Both the position numbers and the translations under genes were made by a program. DNA of 64,000 nucleotides from Diadema antillarum. Lineage: Eukaryota. The DNA lies in the NCBI RefSeq assembly GCF_040938485.1, contig NW_027272286.1, forward strand, positions 496,001 to 560,000, in the 5' to 3' direction. The first letter of the stretch is position 1. Each line of letters opens with the position of its first letter. This document shows positions 1 through 11,961 of the stretch, piece by piece. The notes under the pieces were generated by a model, which worked only from the letters and a program-made list of their open reading frames with translations, made no database searches and was not told where the DNA came from.

Positions 1-2977
1 CCACCCTACTCCTCCTTACCGCGTTACCTCTAACCACCATCCCCCCCATTCCACTTGACACCGCCACAGACCGGAGACCCAACGAACCATCTCTTCCTCT
101 AGAGGAGGAGGAGGAGGAGGAGGAGGTGGAGGAGGAAGCAGCGGGGGCACAAGAATAGTGATGACATCACCAGCCTCCTGGAAAAGGAGCTGGCCAGAGC
201 GGCAAATGAGTAAACCTGAAGTGGATGTTGGCGTGTGCCTTTCGCGAGATGGATGGTGTCGCGAGGGCTGTGACCCGATGACATTGTGTACATCCGGAGC
301 TTGTGTTTGCAGGAGGAGTTAATATGCTCTGTCCTCCCCCCCCCCCCCACCCTTCCCAAATGTACCCATGATATATATTGTTCACTGCATCAGTCAGGAA
401 CTACAACCTATGTGGATGGACCAGCACTTAATAGCTACACATAGTATACTTTGCTTGGTAGTATTCAATGTCTCTTTCATCAAGATGGTACAAGTAGCAA
501 TGAATCTAAAAAATTTTTAAAGCACCCCCCCCCCCCTTTCTCTCTAAAAAATCACATCATATATGTAGGTTAGGGAAATGTATGTCATGTGCTTTAGTAA
601 AGAATTACCCAATTTGAAGTGTATCCATGGAATTTGATGAAATATAATGGATGAAATACATGATGTAACATTTTGAAAGGGCCTACCGACAATAATTGCA
701 CATTTATTAGATGAAATGTGAAGAGAGGGTAATGTGCTGAGCAAGCTGCATTACTTTAGCTGCAAATGAAAATTCAAAGGAATTGGAACATGAGATTCGC
801 AAGTTCTCTCGTTGCAATCAAAATGACAAAGTCACTTTACGATAAATGCGAAATTGCCTCCACTTCTTCAACATCTAAAGTAGATTTTGCTCTCAAGATA
901 CAGGGTAGTTTTCAAGAGTGCTTACTATTGAGGGCAATTCTCATGTTCCATGGTTTTAAAACATCTTGACAAGTCGGAAGATATCATTATTTTTCATACA
1001 GCTTTCATACCAGCTGCCTCTGGAATGCTGATCGATATCTTGCTTTTAATGTTCCTGTCAAACCTAGTCAGTCACACCAGATATTGTTCATCAAGAAAAT
1101 TTTAGACGTCTGACAATTGATCCACACCGCATCTCTTTTTTTGGCTTCTATCGCGCGAAATGTGACAATTTGATGTGATAATGAAAGACTGATTGCATAA
1201 CACCCTCAACCTTGTTTGTACACCATCTGGTCCCAAATGGGAAAATGTGTTCAGCATTCCTCTCTATGCATTAGCTCTAATGAGGGAAAATGTTTTGTCC
1301 GAAATGTAGACTTTGTCCGTACGCTCTCTATTTTGTGTGTTTTTGTGTTTGTGTGTGTTTGTGTTTGTGTGTGTGTGTGTGTGTGGGGGGGGGGGGGGTC
1401 ATGTGACTCAGAAGGGGATAGGAGAGGCGTCCAGAGCTGCAGAGAGTCACGATAAGGTGTAAGAGAAGACGAATACTGCCCTCCAGCAGCGAGAAAATTT
1501 AAGTCAGCAAAGGGAGCTGAAGCAGAAAAGGGAGAAGGCGCGAGTGACCGATTATCGATTTGCTGCATTAGGGACCCCAGCACACCGTCTGCAACAACAC
1601 ACATACGCACACCTGTAATGATCAGCAGCGCAGGAGTGTACAGTGTATAGATACCTCAACCTCGCCTTCATTAAAAAAACATATGGCACAGTGCTGTTTA
1701 ATTCTAATATACCTGTTGGAGCTGCTTAAAACTCAGGGGTAAAGAGCATAGATTGTTCCAGTGGTCCACATTTCCAACATGTAGATGAAAATTGCTGCCT
1801 ACTGTACATGTGTGTGTTGTCTTCATTACTTATGGTCTATTAGTACAGTGTAGATTTCCTGCTGTTTTAAATTTGACAAATACCATCCTCACATAGTCAT
1901 TGTAATCCTAATACTTTCATATCTAAGTTTGATTTGTACTGTACAGGCAGGGGTACCCTCTTTTAATTTTTCTGTGCTTTAAGTTGATTTATCTGTGACT
2001 CAAGAAGAAAAAAGGTAGAAAAGAGTGCACAGTGTGGTGTGTGCTTCAATTTTTGCTGTCATTTTCTGAAGCAGCAATTCTGTGTTTCTAATGATGTGAA
2101 TATTCAGGAAGAGCTTGTAAAGAGAACACTGCAAAGTACAATAATCTATGTGGTCAATAGTCAAACACTGAGTATATGAATTGTGTATAATATATGTGCT
2201 GCATTTTAGTTTGAAATGCTATGCGATATGAGACATGGCCCAACCCAGTACATTTGGGGCATTAGTAGCCTTTACTTACAATTTCATTCTATCTTTAATG
2301 CAATGGATATACAACATCTGATACATTTAAGTTGCAGCTAAAATATCAGTTGTCTTTGCTTTCTTCTCTGAGTACACTGTTTTGTTCTATAGTGGTTTTT
2401 CATTTTCACCTTGACACTGTGTTGTTGTATCTCCAGATGTGTTTTTTCTTTCTTTTATTATGTATGTACTGCTGTGGTTTTCTTCCTTTTTTTTTTTTTT
2501 GCTTATGAAGCCATCACTGAAAGAAAAGGGGAAAAAAAGGTGAATTCAATTTGAGTTTACAGTTCTTGTCAGCTCGATTCCATTGGATTCAATCTAAATG
2601 CAATCGAAATCCAACTTTGCACCCAGACGCGCCGTGCCCTTTCATCCGAGTGGGGCAGAGTGGGCAGCGAAAATGACAATTCACGATGTCCTTGCTGAGG
2701 CATTTCTCCTCTCATTCTCAAATCCCTGTTGATGCTGTCCAGATGAATGATGCGCTCTCCTGCTAAAGGTCTTACGTCGGTTGACAGTCACAAAGATAGA
2801 GCTGTGACTTTGAGCCACGAATCTATCAGTTGCATATCAAGTTTATCCCCCCCCCCCTCCAAAAAAAAAAAAAAAATTGCAGTGAATTTTTAGGAGGATG
2901 AGATGCTTGCAGAGCACAAACACAAACATACCTGAGGGAGAAAAAATAAATATTGATGTAAGGAAGACAGTTGACTA

Positions 2978-3439
2978 CAGTATGTCCCAAAAAAAATTAC
3001 AATCAGATTTTCACATTGATAACTTCCAGTTTGATTAAACTGTCTAAATGATACCTCAGGGTCTTGAATATAACATCTTAGCTATGTTTTGCCGAAAACC
3101 CCATTCACTTTGGTTTGTAAAAAGTGGTCGGAAAGAAATTTATGTGGATCGTTGTAAAGCATGTCATGGGTCTGGTTCTTTCAAGTTGAGCACTTGGATG
3201 CTCTTTGAACTGCATGATGTGTAAACACAAGGGACAGAACTTGGAGGGAAGGGATTCCTGACATGCTCTACAAAACTCCTCATTTCTCTTTGACCACATA
3301 AGCACATAGGATGGGGTTTTCTGTAAGATGTGGATAGTAAGTTACAGTTTCATACCCTGAAATTGTATTTGAATTGATTCACTTTTTTTGAAGTTTCATT
3401 GTTGAGGGTCCCATTGTAATTTTTTTGGGGGACATACAG
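2978..3439. mobile_element. Tc1/mariner-type MITE (degenerate)
   Basis: ta|cagtatgtcccaaaaaaaattacaat ... attgtaatttttttgggggacatac terminal inverted repeats. Confidence 0.55.
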
Positions 3440-4284
3440 CATATCCAAAATATGCTGATATCCAATTGTACGATAGCCAGATAGCAGGCAATGATAATCT
3501 CACACGAGCAAGGCTTGAAGAACTCTCTCAGCTTGGGAACACTTATTCAATTAAATCGAGCCTCAAGCCCGGTCTTCCGAGAGTGTCTGCTCACATCTAG
3601 ACTATTCAGTCTCCCAGAAGATTCTATTACAGTGATGTGAGAGTTCAGAGTTTAATCTGATATCAATTTAAACATTTTTACTTTGCCCCAAACTCACTTT
3701 TCAGACTTTTTTGCAGTCCAAATACATTGAAATGTTTACAGTTTAGTACATTTCAGACTTCTTTTTCATAAGTTTCAAGTATTTTTTCAGACTTTTTTTC
3801 TGCAAGTACTCCCACACCCCTGATCCTAATGACAGCTAGACTTATTTTTAGAGAGGGTTTAAGAAAGTAGCCAATCAGAAGTGCTGAAATGAGTCACATG
3901 AGTTCTCTTTGATATTTTCACAGAGGTGCAAGGAAGTGCAAAAGTTTGAAGCACAAAAAAAAAAGAAGTAAACTGCACTGTGCATTATCCTGTAGAGATT
4001 TTGCCGTTTGTGGGGACCATGCACCTGTGTGTGTGGCTCAAACTCAAACTATTGCTTTAATTCAAGATCATGGTTCTCTGCGAATTGCTCCTCAACACAG
4101 GTTTTCTCATGCTGGATGCCGTTTTGTGGATTCCACACCCATCCTGCTCAATGAATTGATACATCCCACCTGTCTTTGCGTACATCTAATGATTGATTTG
4201 GAGTCCACTTCATGTGCATTTTAGTTGAATAGTGCAGATCTGCTTTAGTTGTAGCTGACATTTCCTCTTGGCTATTACATTTGA

Positions 4285-4505
4285 GGAGCTGTTGTGGTAC
4301 AGTGGATAAGACCTAGGACTGTCAGTCTGAAGGTCGCTGGTTCAAGTCCCCTAGCTGCAGTGGTTGTGCCCCTTATAGGCCAGGCACACTCTCTCCTCAT
4401 TTGCCTAGTTCTTGGGAAGGGACTTCAAGCCATCACTCCCAAGGTTGCTTGCTTGTAAAGCACTCATTGTTTCTATTTGGTAGCCATGTAAAACAAACAA
4501 GTTCA
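4285..4505 (+). mobile_element. tRNA-derived SINE
   Basis: A-box-like tggtacagtgg and B-box ggttcaagtcc, then ttgtgccc...ggcac body; colinear with 19846-20070. Confidence 0.75.
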
Positions 4506-6326
4506 TACTTTCATTCCTGCTATTGCATTCATCTGCAAAATTTTGGATTATCTATTTTCTATTTTTTTTTGGCCAAAGTTTGCATTTTGATAAAAGTACA
4601 CTATATCTAAAGTGCCCTATTACCAGCTAGTTGCTGTTAAAAAGTGGTCTTCATTTTACTGCATCCAGGCATTTTGACAAACCAGCAAAGTATGTGACTT
4701 GGAGTGAGTTTGTTGCATCAGAATGTACACATGCTTTTTGTACACAGTCAGTGGTGTAGCTTGCTATATCTTGGGGCCTCCTTGATGAAGATCCTGTGGG
4801 TGTGGGGAGGGGGGGGGGGGGGGAAGACAGTGAAGACTTCAGCAATGTCAGCATGCTTGTTATTTTTTTTCCCTTTCTAACAGAAAATGTGAACCCAAGG
4901 GAAATGCATTTATGTAATCTTCCAAATGACATTGTTTAATCCTGAAATGTCATCTGGGGATTCTATCTCTTCTCCCGGCTACAGACACACACCATGCAAA
5001 CACACGCCTACACACGCTCGCTCGACAGAAAAGCTCATAAAATTATACATGAATGAGATGCTATTATTGTGTTTGAGGAAGGAAAAGATATATATAGTGG
5101 GTGTTTTTGTGCGAGACGAAACACATAACACAGATCGCTCAACTCAATTTGTGTGGATGAGTTAGACAGGAGGGAAAAAGCCCTGGGCAACAGGTCCATA
5201 AAGCATTAACGTTCACAGATGTCATTTTTATTACTTTTTTTTCAGACCTTTGTGTAATGTATTTTGCTCTAAACCTGTATATGCACAGGTGCAAATTATG
5301 CACGTATATGGCTCTGACATGCCAAGTTTTGACATCATTCGGTCAATTCACACATACTCTACCTTGATGTCATTCAGACTGCCCACTTCTAGGCATAGTG
5401 TTGCCTCAGTCCAACTAGAAGGCTATGGTGATTAAGGGATTAGGGGATTAGGGGGATCAGACAATCTCTTTTTCATTGACTCTGAATTTTCCAAAGTCTT
5501 TGCCAACTGATGAGGAGAGCTTCCCAGTGGATGTGCCTATCAGGAAATTCCGATTCATCTTGTTTTGATCTATGATGGGACATAGAAATTTTGTTTCCAT
5601 TGACATTTGTACAACAATCATGACAATTCAAACACATCTCACATCACAGTTACTTGTTTCAATGATAGTTACATTGAATGTTTTAAGCATAATATATAAA
5701 TAAATCAACTAAAGATGTCCCTATGATTAATGTGCTTCTACTGTGTCATAATTTTCCAAAGAAATTCACAAAACATCCCAACAACAACAACAACAAATTG
5801 ATATCGGAATATAAAGAGGAATCTCTAAATGTTAGCCATTTTTGCTGGAAATCTTGAATTCTAAGAATGCAAAAAAAAAAACAACAACAACAAATCACAC
5901 ATGTATGTGAAGAATATTAATTTTCATAAACTCTTTATGTGCCATGTTCGCACACCTGACTCAGTATAAGTGAGACGGCAAGCCGTACATGTACTTGTGT
6001 AACTGTAACCCTCTCAGACAAGTTTCACATAAAGCACTGCAAGGGTTAAATGTGTTTAAGTTTTTCTTATGCACCCTCTATCTACAATATGTGTCCATTC
6101 ATTCTTCACATGCAGTCAGTGAGCAATTAGCTCTGAACATGAGCTAATTGTTAGTGAGCCAGCCCGCTTGGGCATTAACTGGTACAATGTGACTCATCAG
6201 TCCAACAGGATGGAAACAAACAAACAACGTTGATTAGAGGGATTAGATAGTCTCTATTCCTTGATAATTAGTTTCTAGACATTTGTGTCAATCGGTGAAG
6301 AGAGCACTCCAGTGGACATGATCTAA

Positions 6327-6411
6327 CCTGTTGAGGACGGGCTGATTTTTCTACAGCACGCATTTCCCATAGACACTTGCCCGAGTATACTCGGGACTCG
6401 TCCTCAACAGG
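6327..6411 (-). mobile_element. ~85-bp piggyBac-type MITE (copy 1 of 6)
   Basis: TIR cctgttgaggac/gtcctcaacagg, TTAA-like flanks, internal cccgagtatactcggg palindrome. Confidence 0.75.
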
Positions 6412-7505
6412 TTAACACAGTATTTAAAAGGGTTGAAGTCTTGTCTATCCTCAGAACACTTTGATTTATCCCCTACTGTGCTCTATCCTCCAATCGACAC
6501 ATCATCCAATTGACACATCCACTCCCTGGCGTGCAGTGTTAGGGTGTTTTTATGCTCAACTTTTGTGGGCCATATTCAGGCTTTTGAAGCATTTTTAGTT
6601 CAAGACACAGTGGCGTCCTAGCTATATGAAATGCATTCAAAATGCACATAGAGGTGTGTTTACAATCAGGATTTTTTTTTTTAAATGCCTTTAACAGGGA
6701 GACATATGAGCATACCATGGTTACGATTGGCAAATTCTCTCTAAAACGCATTTAATGGGGAAGCACACACAGAATCACACATATAGAGCGCTTATTCTGA
6801 CGTCATGTCAGTGCCTTTCTGGTTCACATTAAGTAGACGTGTGCAGAACAGCTCGCTACAATAGGGATCTTTAGTTTTCCAAAAATGTGCTATGCATGTT
6901 CAAGGTATTGCCTCTCTCTCAAGCCTACCAAAAAAAAATGATAATAATAACTGGAACAGTTCCCCTGTGAATGGAATTTTGGATCAGCATTTCAATCGCA
7001 AATTGAATATAAGTGGCCCCTTTGTCAGTGATTCAAATTTCTGAAGCCTCAGTATCAGTGAGTGAGGATTATGTAATCTCCCTAATCCCTACTCCGTTGG
7101 GGATTTCCTGAAAGGGTTTTAGGAAATGATGTTTAGTAAATTCTTTCATTGTCTTTGTTTTGGTTTTTGATGAACCAATTAAACAAATACAGATTTTTTG
7201 AAAGTGCGTGCCAGGGCACAAAAAAAAAAGGGTTCAAATGACGTGCTGATCTGTCGGGAAAGTGTGAACAGTCTAGCGTTTCCTTAGACGAATGTGATAC
7301 CCAAAAATGAACACTCAAACACATTGATGCAGTTGTTGCCTGATGTGCGTTGCCATGGCTTTGAGTGCAGAATCTCTGCTTTTAGAAAGCTGTCGAGTGC
7401 AGTGAGTGCAGACGATATGATTGATTGGCGCTGTTGAAAGGTTACGGTGAGTTGACATGTAGAGTTGTTTTATCTGTATTGTTGCAGTCAATTTACAGTC
7501 ATTAA

Positions 7506-7863
7506 AGGGGATGGCTAGTAACTGTTCAGTGGGAATCAGTGGGAATGCTGGGGGATGATTGTTCCAATTCTTGTGGGATTCATTTAAGAGTACATTATAA
7601 ATCTATTGTTGTGTGAAAATTATTTGCTTCAGAATGGTCTCATATTCAAGTAATGTGCAGTGTAATGTTTCCAGGTTAGCATGCCTGTACAGTGAAGGGG
7701 CATTAAACTGCACATTAACTTGAATATGAGACCATTCTGAAGCAAATAATTTTCACACAACAATAGATTTATAATGTACTCTTAAATGAATCCCACAAGA
7801 ATTGGAACAATCATCCCCCAGCATTCCCACTGATTCCCACTGATCAGTTACTAGCCATCCCCT
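7506..7863. mobile_element. Palindromic Kolobok-type MITE
   Basis: ttaa|aggggatggc ... gccatcccct|ttca; ~160-bp arms nearly perfectly inverted around a ~33-bp spacer. Confidence 0.8.
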
Positions 7864-8012
7864 TTCAGTCAACCATAATACAGCCAATCTCATATGAAAA
7901 AGGCCTCATCAGGGAGCAGCCAGGTGGTCTTTACAGACAGGTTCATTATTTAACCTTTACCGTGATCTGAAGGCGAACAAATGCATTGGCCTTCATGGTC
8001 AAGGAGTCTTAA

Positions 8013-8096
8013 CCCGTTGAAGACTAGTCCAGAGTATACTCGGCAGGTGTTTATGAGAAATGTGTGTTATAACAAAATCATCTCGTCTTCAATGGG
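8013..8096 (+). mobile_element. piggyBac-type MITE (copy 2)
   Basis: ttaa|cccgttgaagac ... gtcttcaatggg|tcaa. Confidence 0.75.
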
Positions 8097-9433
8097 TCAA
8101 TATCCTGTGTATGGTTGCTATTAGAAAAGCTTCTCTGCCATGTACCTTGTTTAATGCAAGACTATAATGTTACCAGTATTATCTGCATAGCTGCTGCAAA
8201 GAACGATGTCAATTACATTCTGCATCTCACGCGCTATGCTGTGAAAAGCCACCGTTTGTGGTGCAGGTCAAATACAGTTCGATGGTTGGTACTACCAATG
8301 CATTAAATAGCCAATATGTGGTCCATGTACAACTTGTACAGGAGTTTTTGCAAATAGCTTGCACAAGTCTATCATTTCATGCATGGTATGATGTCCTAAC
8401 GGTGCCACTTTGCACCGCCTGATGGCTAGAGGTGACAGTTTGTGGGTTCATTGTATTCCTCATGATTTTTTTTTTTTTTTTTGGGGGGGGGGGGCACATG
8501 CTCATCTGTTTTCAGGCTCCTGATAGGTAGATTCTTGAGAAGTCTTCACTCCATCTCAAAAGACCTGGAGTGAGTTTTTTTTTTTTTTACTAGTATTATG
8601 CCCTTACGGAGTCATCCAGATTCCTATTTCCTGAGGACTCATGAAGACTTTCATAAAGAAATAAAGACTTCCAGTCAAAAAAACCAAGTTTTAACCACGT
8701 TGTATGCACACATATAGTTGCATTATGCAATAGTAAAGTTGACTAACTTGATAAAGCGAGCAAAAGAAGTCAACGGTAGGAGACAGCAGTTGTTGCTGTT
8801 GTTTTTAACCTGGAGAGATTGCAGGATTTTGACATGCTGGGTTTTCCTTATGCTATTAATTACATGAATCTTGCAAGTCTCTGTGTATGTGGGGGCAGGT
8901 GTATCGAGGAAGTGTTTGACAATGTATGACATATACATTATTGCAGTTTGCAGAACTGTAGTGTGATTTCATACACCATTTTTAACAGTAATTAAGATTA
9001 AATTTTAACATCTAATGCATCGGTGACTTACAGAACAACAATAAAACGTGCCTAGGAGGATGTGATTACAATGTCCAAAGTGACATTTGAGGGAGAAAGA
9101 CTGATTACACACATAATTTGTATACATTTTTGCTTTATGTGGTGATACACTGATACATTAATGCAATTACACTAAAAGCCCAAGTGGCATTTTCCCTTTT
9201 GCGCTTATTTCAATTTTAATGGCGTGTGCCTAAAGCACATTAACCAGCGTATTTAATCTCTTTCTCTCTTTCTTTTTCTCTCTCTGTTTATGTCTTTTTC
9301 TTTTTTCTATCTCTCATTCCGTTTGTCTCACCCACACTTATAAACACGCTTTCTCCGTCTCATACATCCTTTCTGTTTCCACCGCCAACTCCCCCCCCCC
9401 CCCCCACCCCTGCAACTTCACTTTCAAATACAG

Positions 9434-9558
9434 GAATTGCATCGCAGGCGAGCAGTTTAGCAGTGAGCACCCCACCCCCAGGCAGCCAGACGCAGCACCA
9501 GCCCCAGTTGTTAATGAGCCCCACGTTACAGGGAGCACAACCTATTCTTGCCAATCAG
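9434..9558 (+). CDS. POU6F2: POU class 6 transcription factor, internal coding exon (first recognisable in window)
   Basis: tacag| acceptor and |gtacat donor; reads (G)IASQASSLAVSTPPPGSQTQHQPQLLMSPTLQGAQPILANQ. Phase 1 in and phase 0 out, matching the next exon. The upstream exon was not identified. Confidence 0.75.
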
Positions 9559-10090
9559 GTACATTATACGTCTTTGGATTTGTATTTGTTTATTGTGTCT
9601 TTGGTTTCTATTCTCTGTGCCTGTTTCTGTCTGTCTATCTGTCTATATAAGTACTTACATGTAATTTGTATATATATATATATATCTACTACACTGTATG
9701 TATTTATGTTTGTATGTCTTTCTGTCTCTTATATGTACCAACATTTGGAGAGAGAGAAAGGGAGAGAGAAATTATTTATTGCTTGTACATTAATAGCACT
9801 TCTACTTGTATGTTTGCATTATTCATTTTTGTCAGCATTTGATGAGTAATTGCTGAACTGAACAATTTGCAGTATGTGTTCAAAATTCTCCTTTGTCCTT
9901 TGTGAGACAGGGACAGATATCGCTTATCCGCCAGGCATTTAGAATGTACACTTTGCGGTAACTCTGGAGACAGACTCTATACATGTGTACTGCAGATGGA
10001 TGACCATGCCAACTCGGTGTTGTGGCAAGAAGGATCAGCCATCAACTCGAATGTAATTTGTTGCTCGCACTCCCTCCCTGTACACTTTAA

Positions 10091-10197
10091 CCCTTTGAGG
10101 ATGTGCTGATTTTGCCATTTAACACACATTTCTCCCAGCTGACACTACCTGAGAATACATATGTGTACAAATACTCAGGTCTATAGTCTTCAATGGG
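10091..10197 (-). mobile_element. piggyBac-type MITE (copy 3, with small insertion)
   Basis: ttaa|ccctttgaggat ... gtcttcaatggg. Confidence 0.6.
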
Positions 10198-11461
10198 CTA
10201 GGACCTTTACAGGGGATCAGACAGAATGACTGTCAAAGATAGATAAAATTTGACCTGTACAGCAGATTACAAGGCTGATGTGTACACTGCATGTGTATTG
10301 GATGACATTGAATAACATTCTGTGTTTCTGTGCTAGATGTGACAATGTAAAAGGTTTTGTCACATACATTGGACAGCTATGAAATTGCGTTCTAGCTGAC
10401 CTTTGATTTAGAATCGTGTTCTTTAGGATTCAGGTTTTTATGCCTCCGCCACAAAGTGGTGCCGGAGGCATTATGTTTTCGGGTTGTCCATCCGTACGTA
10501 CGTCCGTCCGCGTTCGTTTACGCGATAACTTGAGTAATATTGACTGGAATTTTACCAAACTTGGTCCAAGTATAAAGTATGATAAGGCAATTACTTGATT
10601 AGATATTGGGTGAAATCGGCTAAAGGCCAAGGTCAAAGGTCAAGGTCAAATCATGAAATTGTATCCGTTTACGCGATAATTCAAAACTGGATCAAGCAAA
10701 TTTCACCAAGCTTTGTCCGGGGATGATGTATGATAAGACAATTTACTTGATTAGTTTTTGAGTGAAATCGGACAGAGGTCAAAGGTCAAAGATCAAGGTC
10801 AAATCCTAAAATTTATCTGTTTACGCTGTAACTCAAAACTGGACGAAGCAACTTCCACCAAACTTGGTCCAAGGATGAAGTATGATGGGGCAATTAGTTG
10901 AGTAGTTTTGTAGCGAAATTGGCAAGAGGTCAAAGGTCAAAAGGCAAGGTCAAATGCTAAAAATGTTGCTATTTCCCCCATATCTATGCAATGCCCAAAG
11001 GTATTTTCTTGAAACTTTGTGTAGACATGTACTACTGCATGAAGATTCTCCAGAGAGAGTTTCATGTCCTAAGGTCAAAAGGTCAAAGGTAAGGTGAAAA
11101 TGTTACAATTTCTCTTTTCTTGCAAATGGTTCAATGCATCTTCATGGAACTTGGTACATACACATGCACTGACTGACAGGGAATATCTAGGGAATTTAGG
11201 GGTCATGGGTCTATAGTCAGGTGTCAAAGGTCAAGGTCAACTCCTCAAAATTTCACTGTTTATTTTATACTGTAATTACACTTTTTCTTCATACCTTTAA
11301 AATCACTCAATGCATAAACTTATGAAAGGGTCGGTCAAAAGTCAAGTAAAAATCCTCAATTCCCCAAATACATGTACCTGCACTCTTAGACAATTATAGC
11401 AAACCTAGTTCAAGGAAAGTGAACATTCAAAACATTCCTGACAAACCTGTCATTTCAATAT

Positions 11462-11948
11462 TGTTGGGACCGCCGAGTTGGTACCCAAGACAGTTAGAGT
11501 TAAACTCTAAGGGACACAAGAAGAAACCAGGCAACCAGTCATTTCGATGGTTCATGTCTCAAAAGTAGTCTTTTATTCGAGCTCGCAAGATTACATGACT
11601 ATGACAAGCCAGTGCTCATTCCAAGACTGCCTTTTACTCCAGTCAGCGTCCCAAGATATACTCCTCAACACTCCCTCTTAATTTCTTACAACATCAAAGC
11701 ATCATTCATCACCTTCTTGTATACAATGACTGTCTTCTACAGTGACCGTTACCAATGACCATTTGTGGTCTGGTCTGGGGACAGGGAGTCTACTTGGGGG
11801 TGATAAACTCTAGGGGGCTCGTCCGTGGTAAGGGGAAAGGAAGAACCACAGATACAAACAATGTTCTCAGTTAATGTGTCCGCCCATAAGACTTGTCCTA
11901 CCAACTTTCAAGTGGAGTCCCAATTTGCCTAACTCTGGGACCGTAACA
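11462..11948 (-). repeat. 3' LTR
   Basis: Identical by eye to 15887-16373; AATAAA on - at 11572-11577. Confidence 0.95.
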
Positions 11949-11961
11949 CTCTTCCCCCCTT
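11949..11961 (-). promoter_or_regulatory. Polypurine tract
   Basis: AAAGGGGGAAGAG on - immediately abuts the 3' LTR. Confidence 0.85.
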
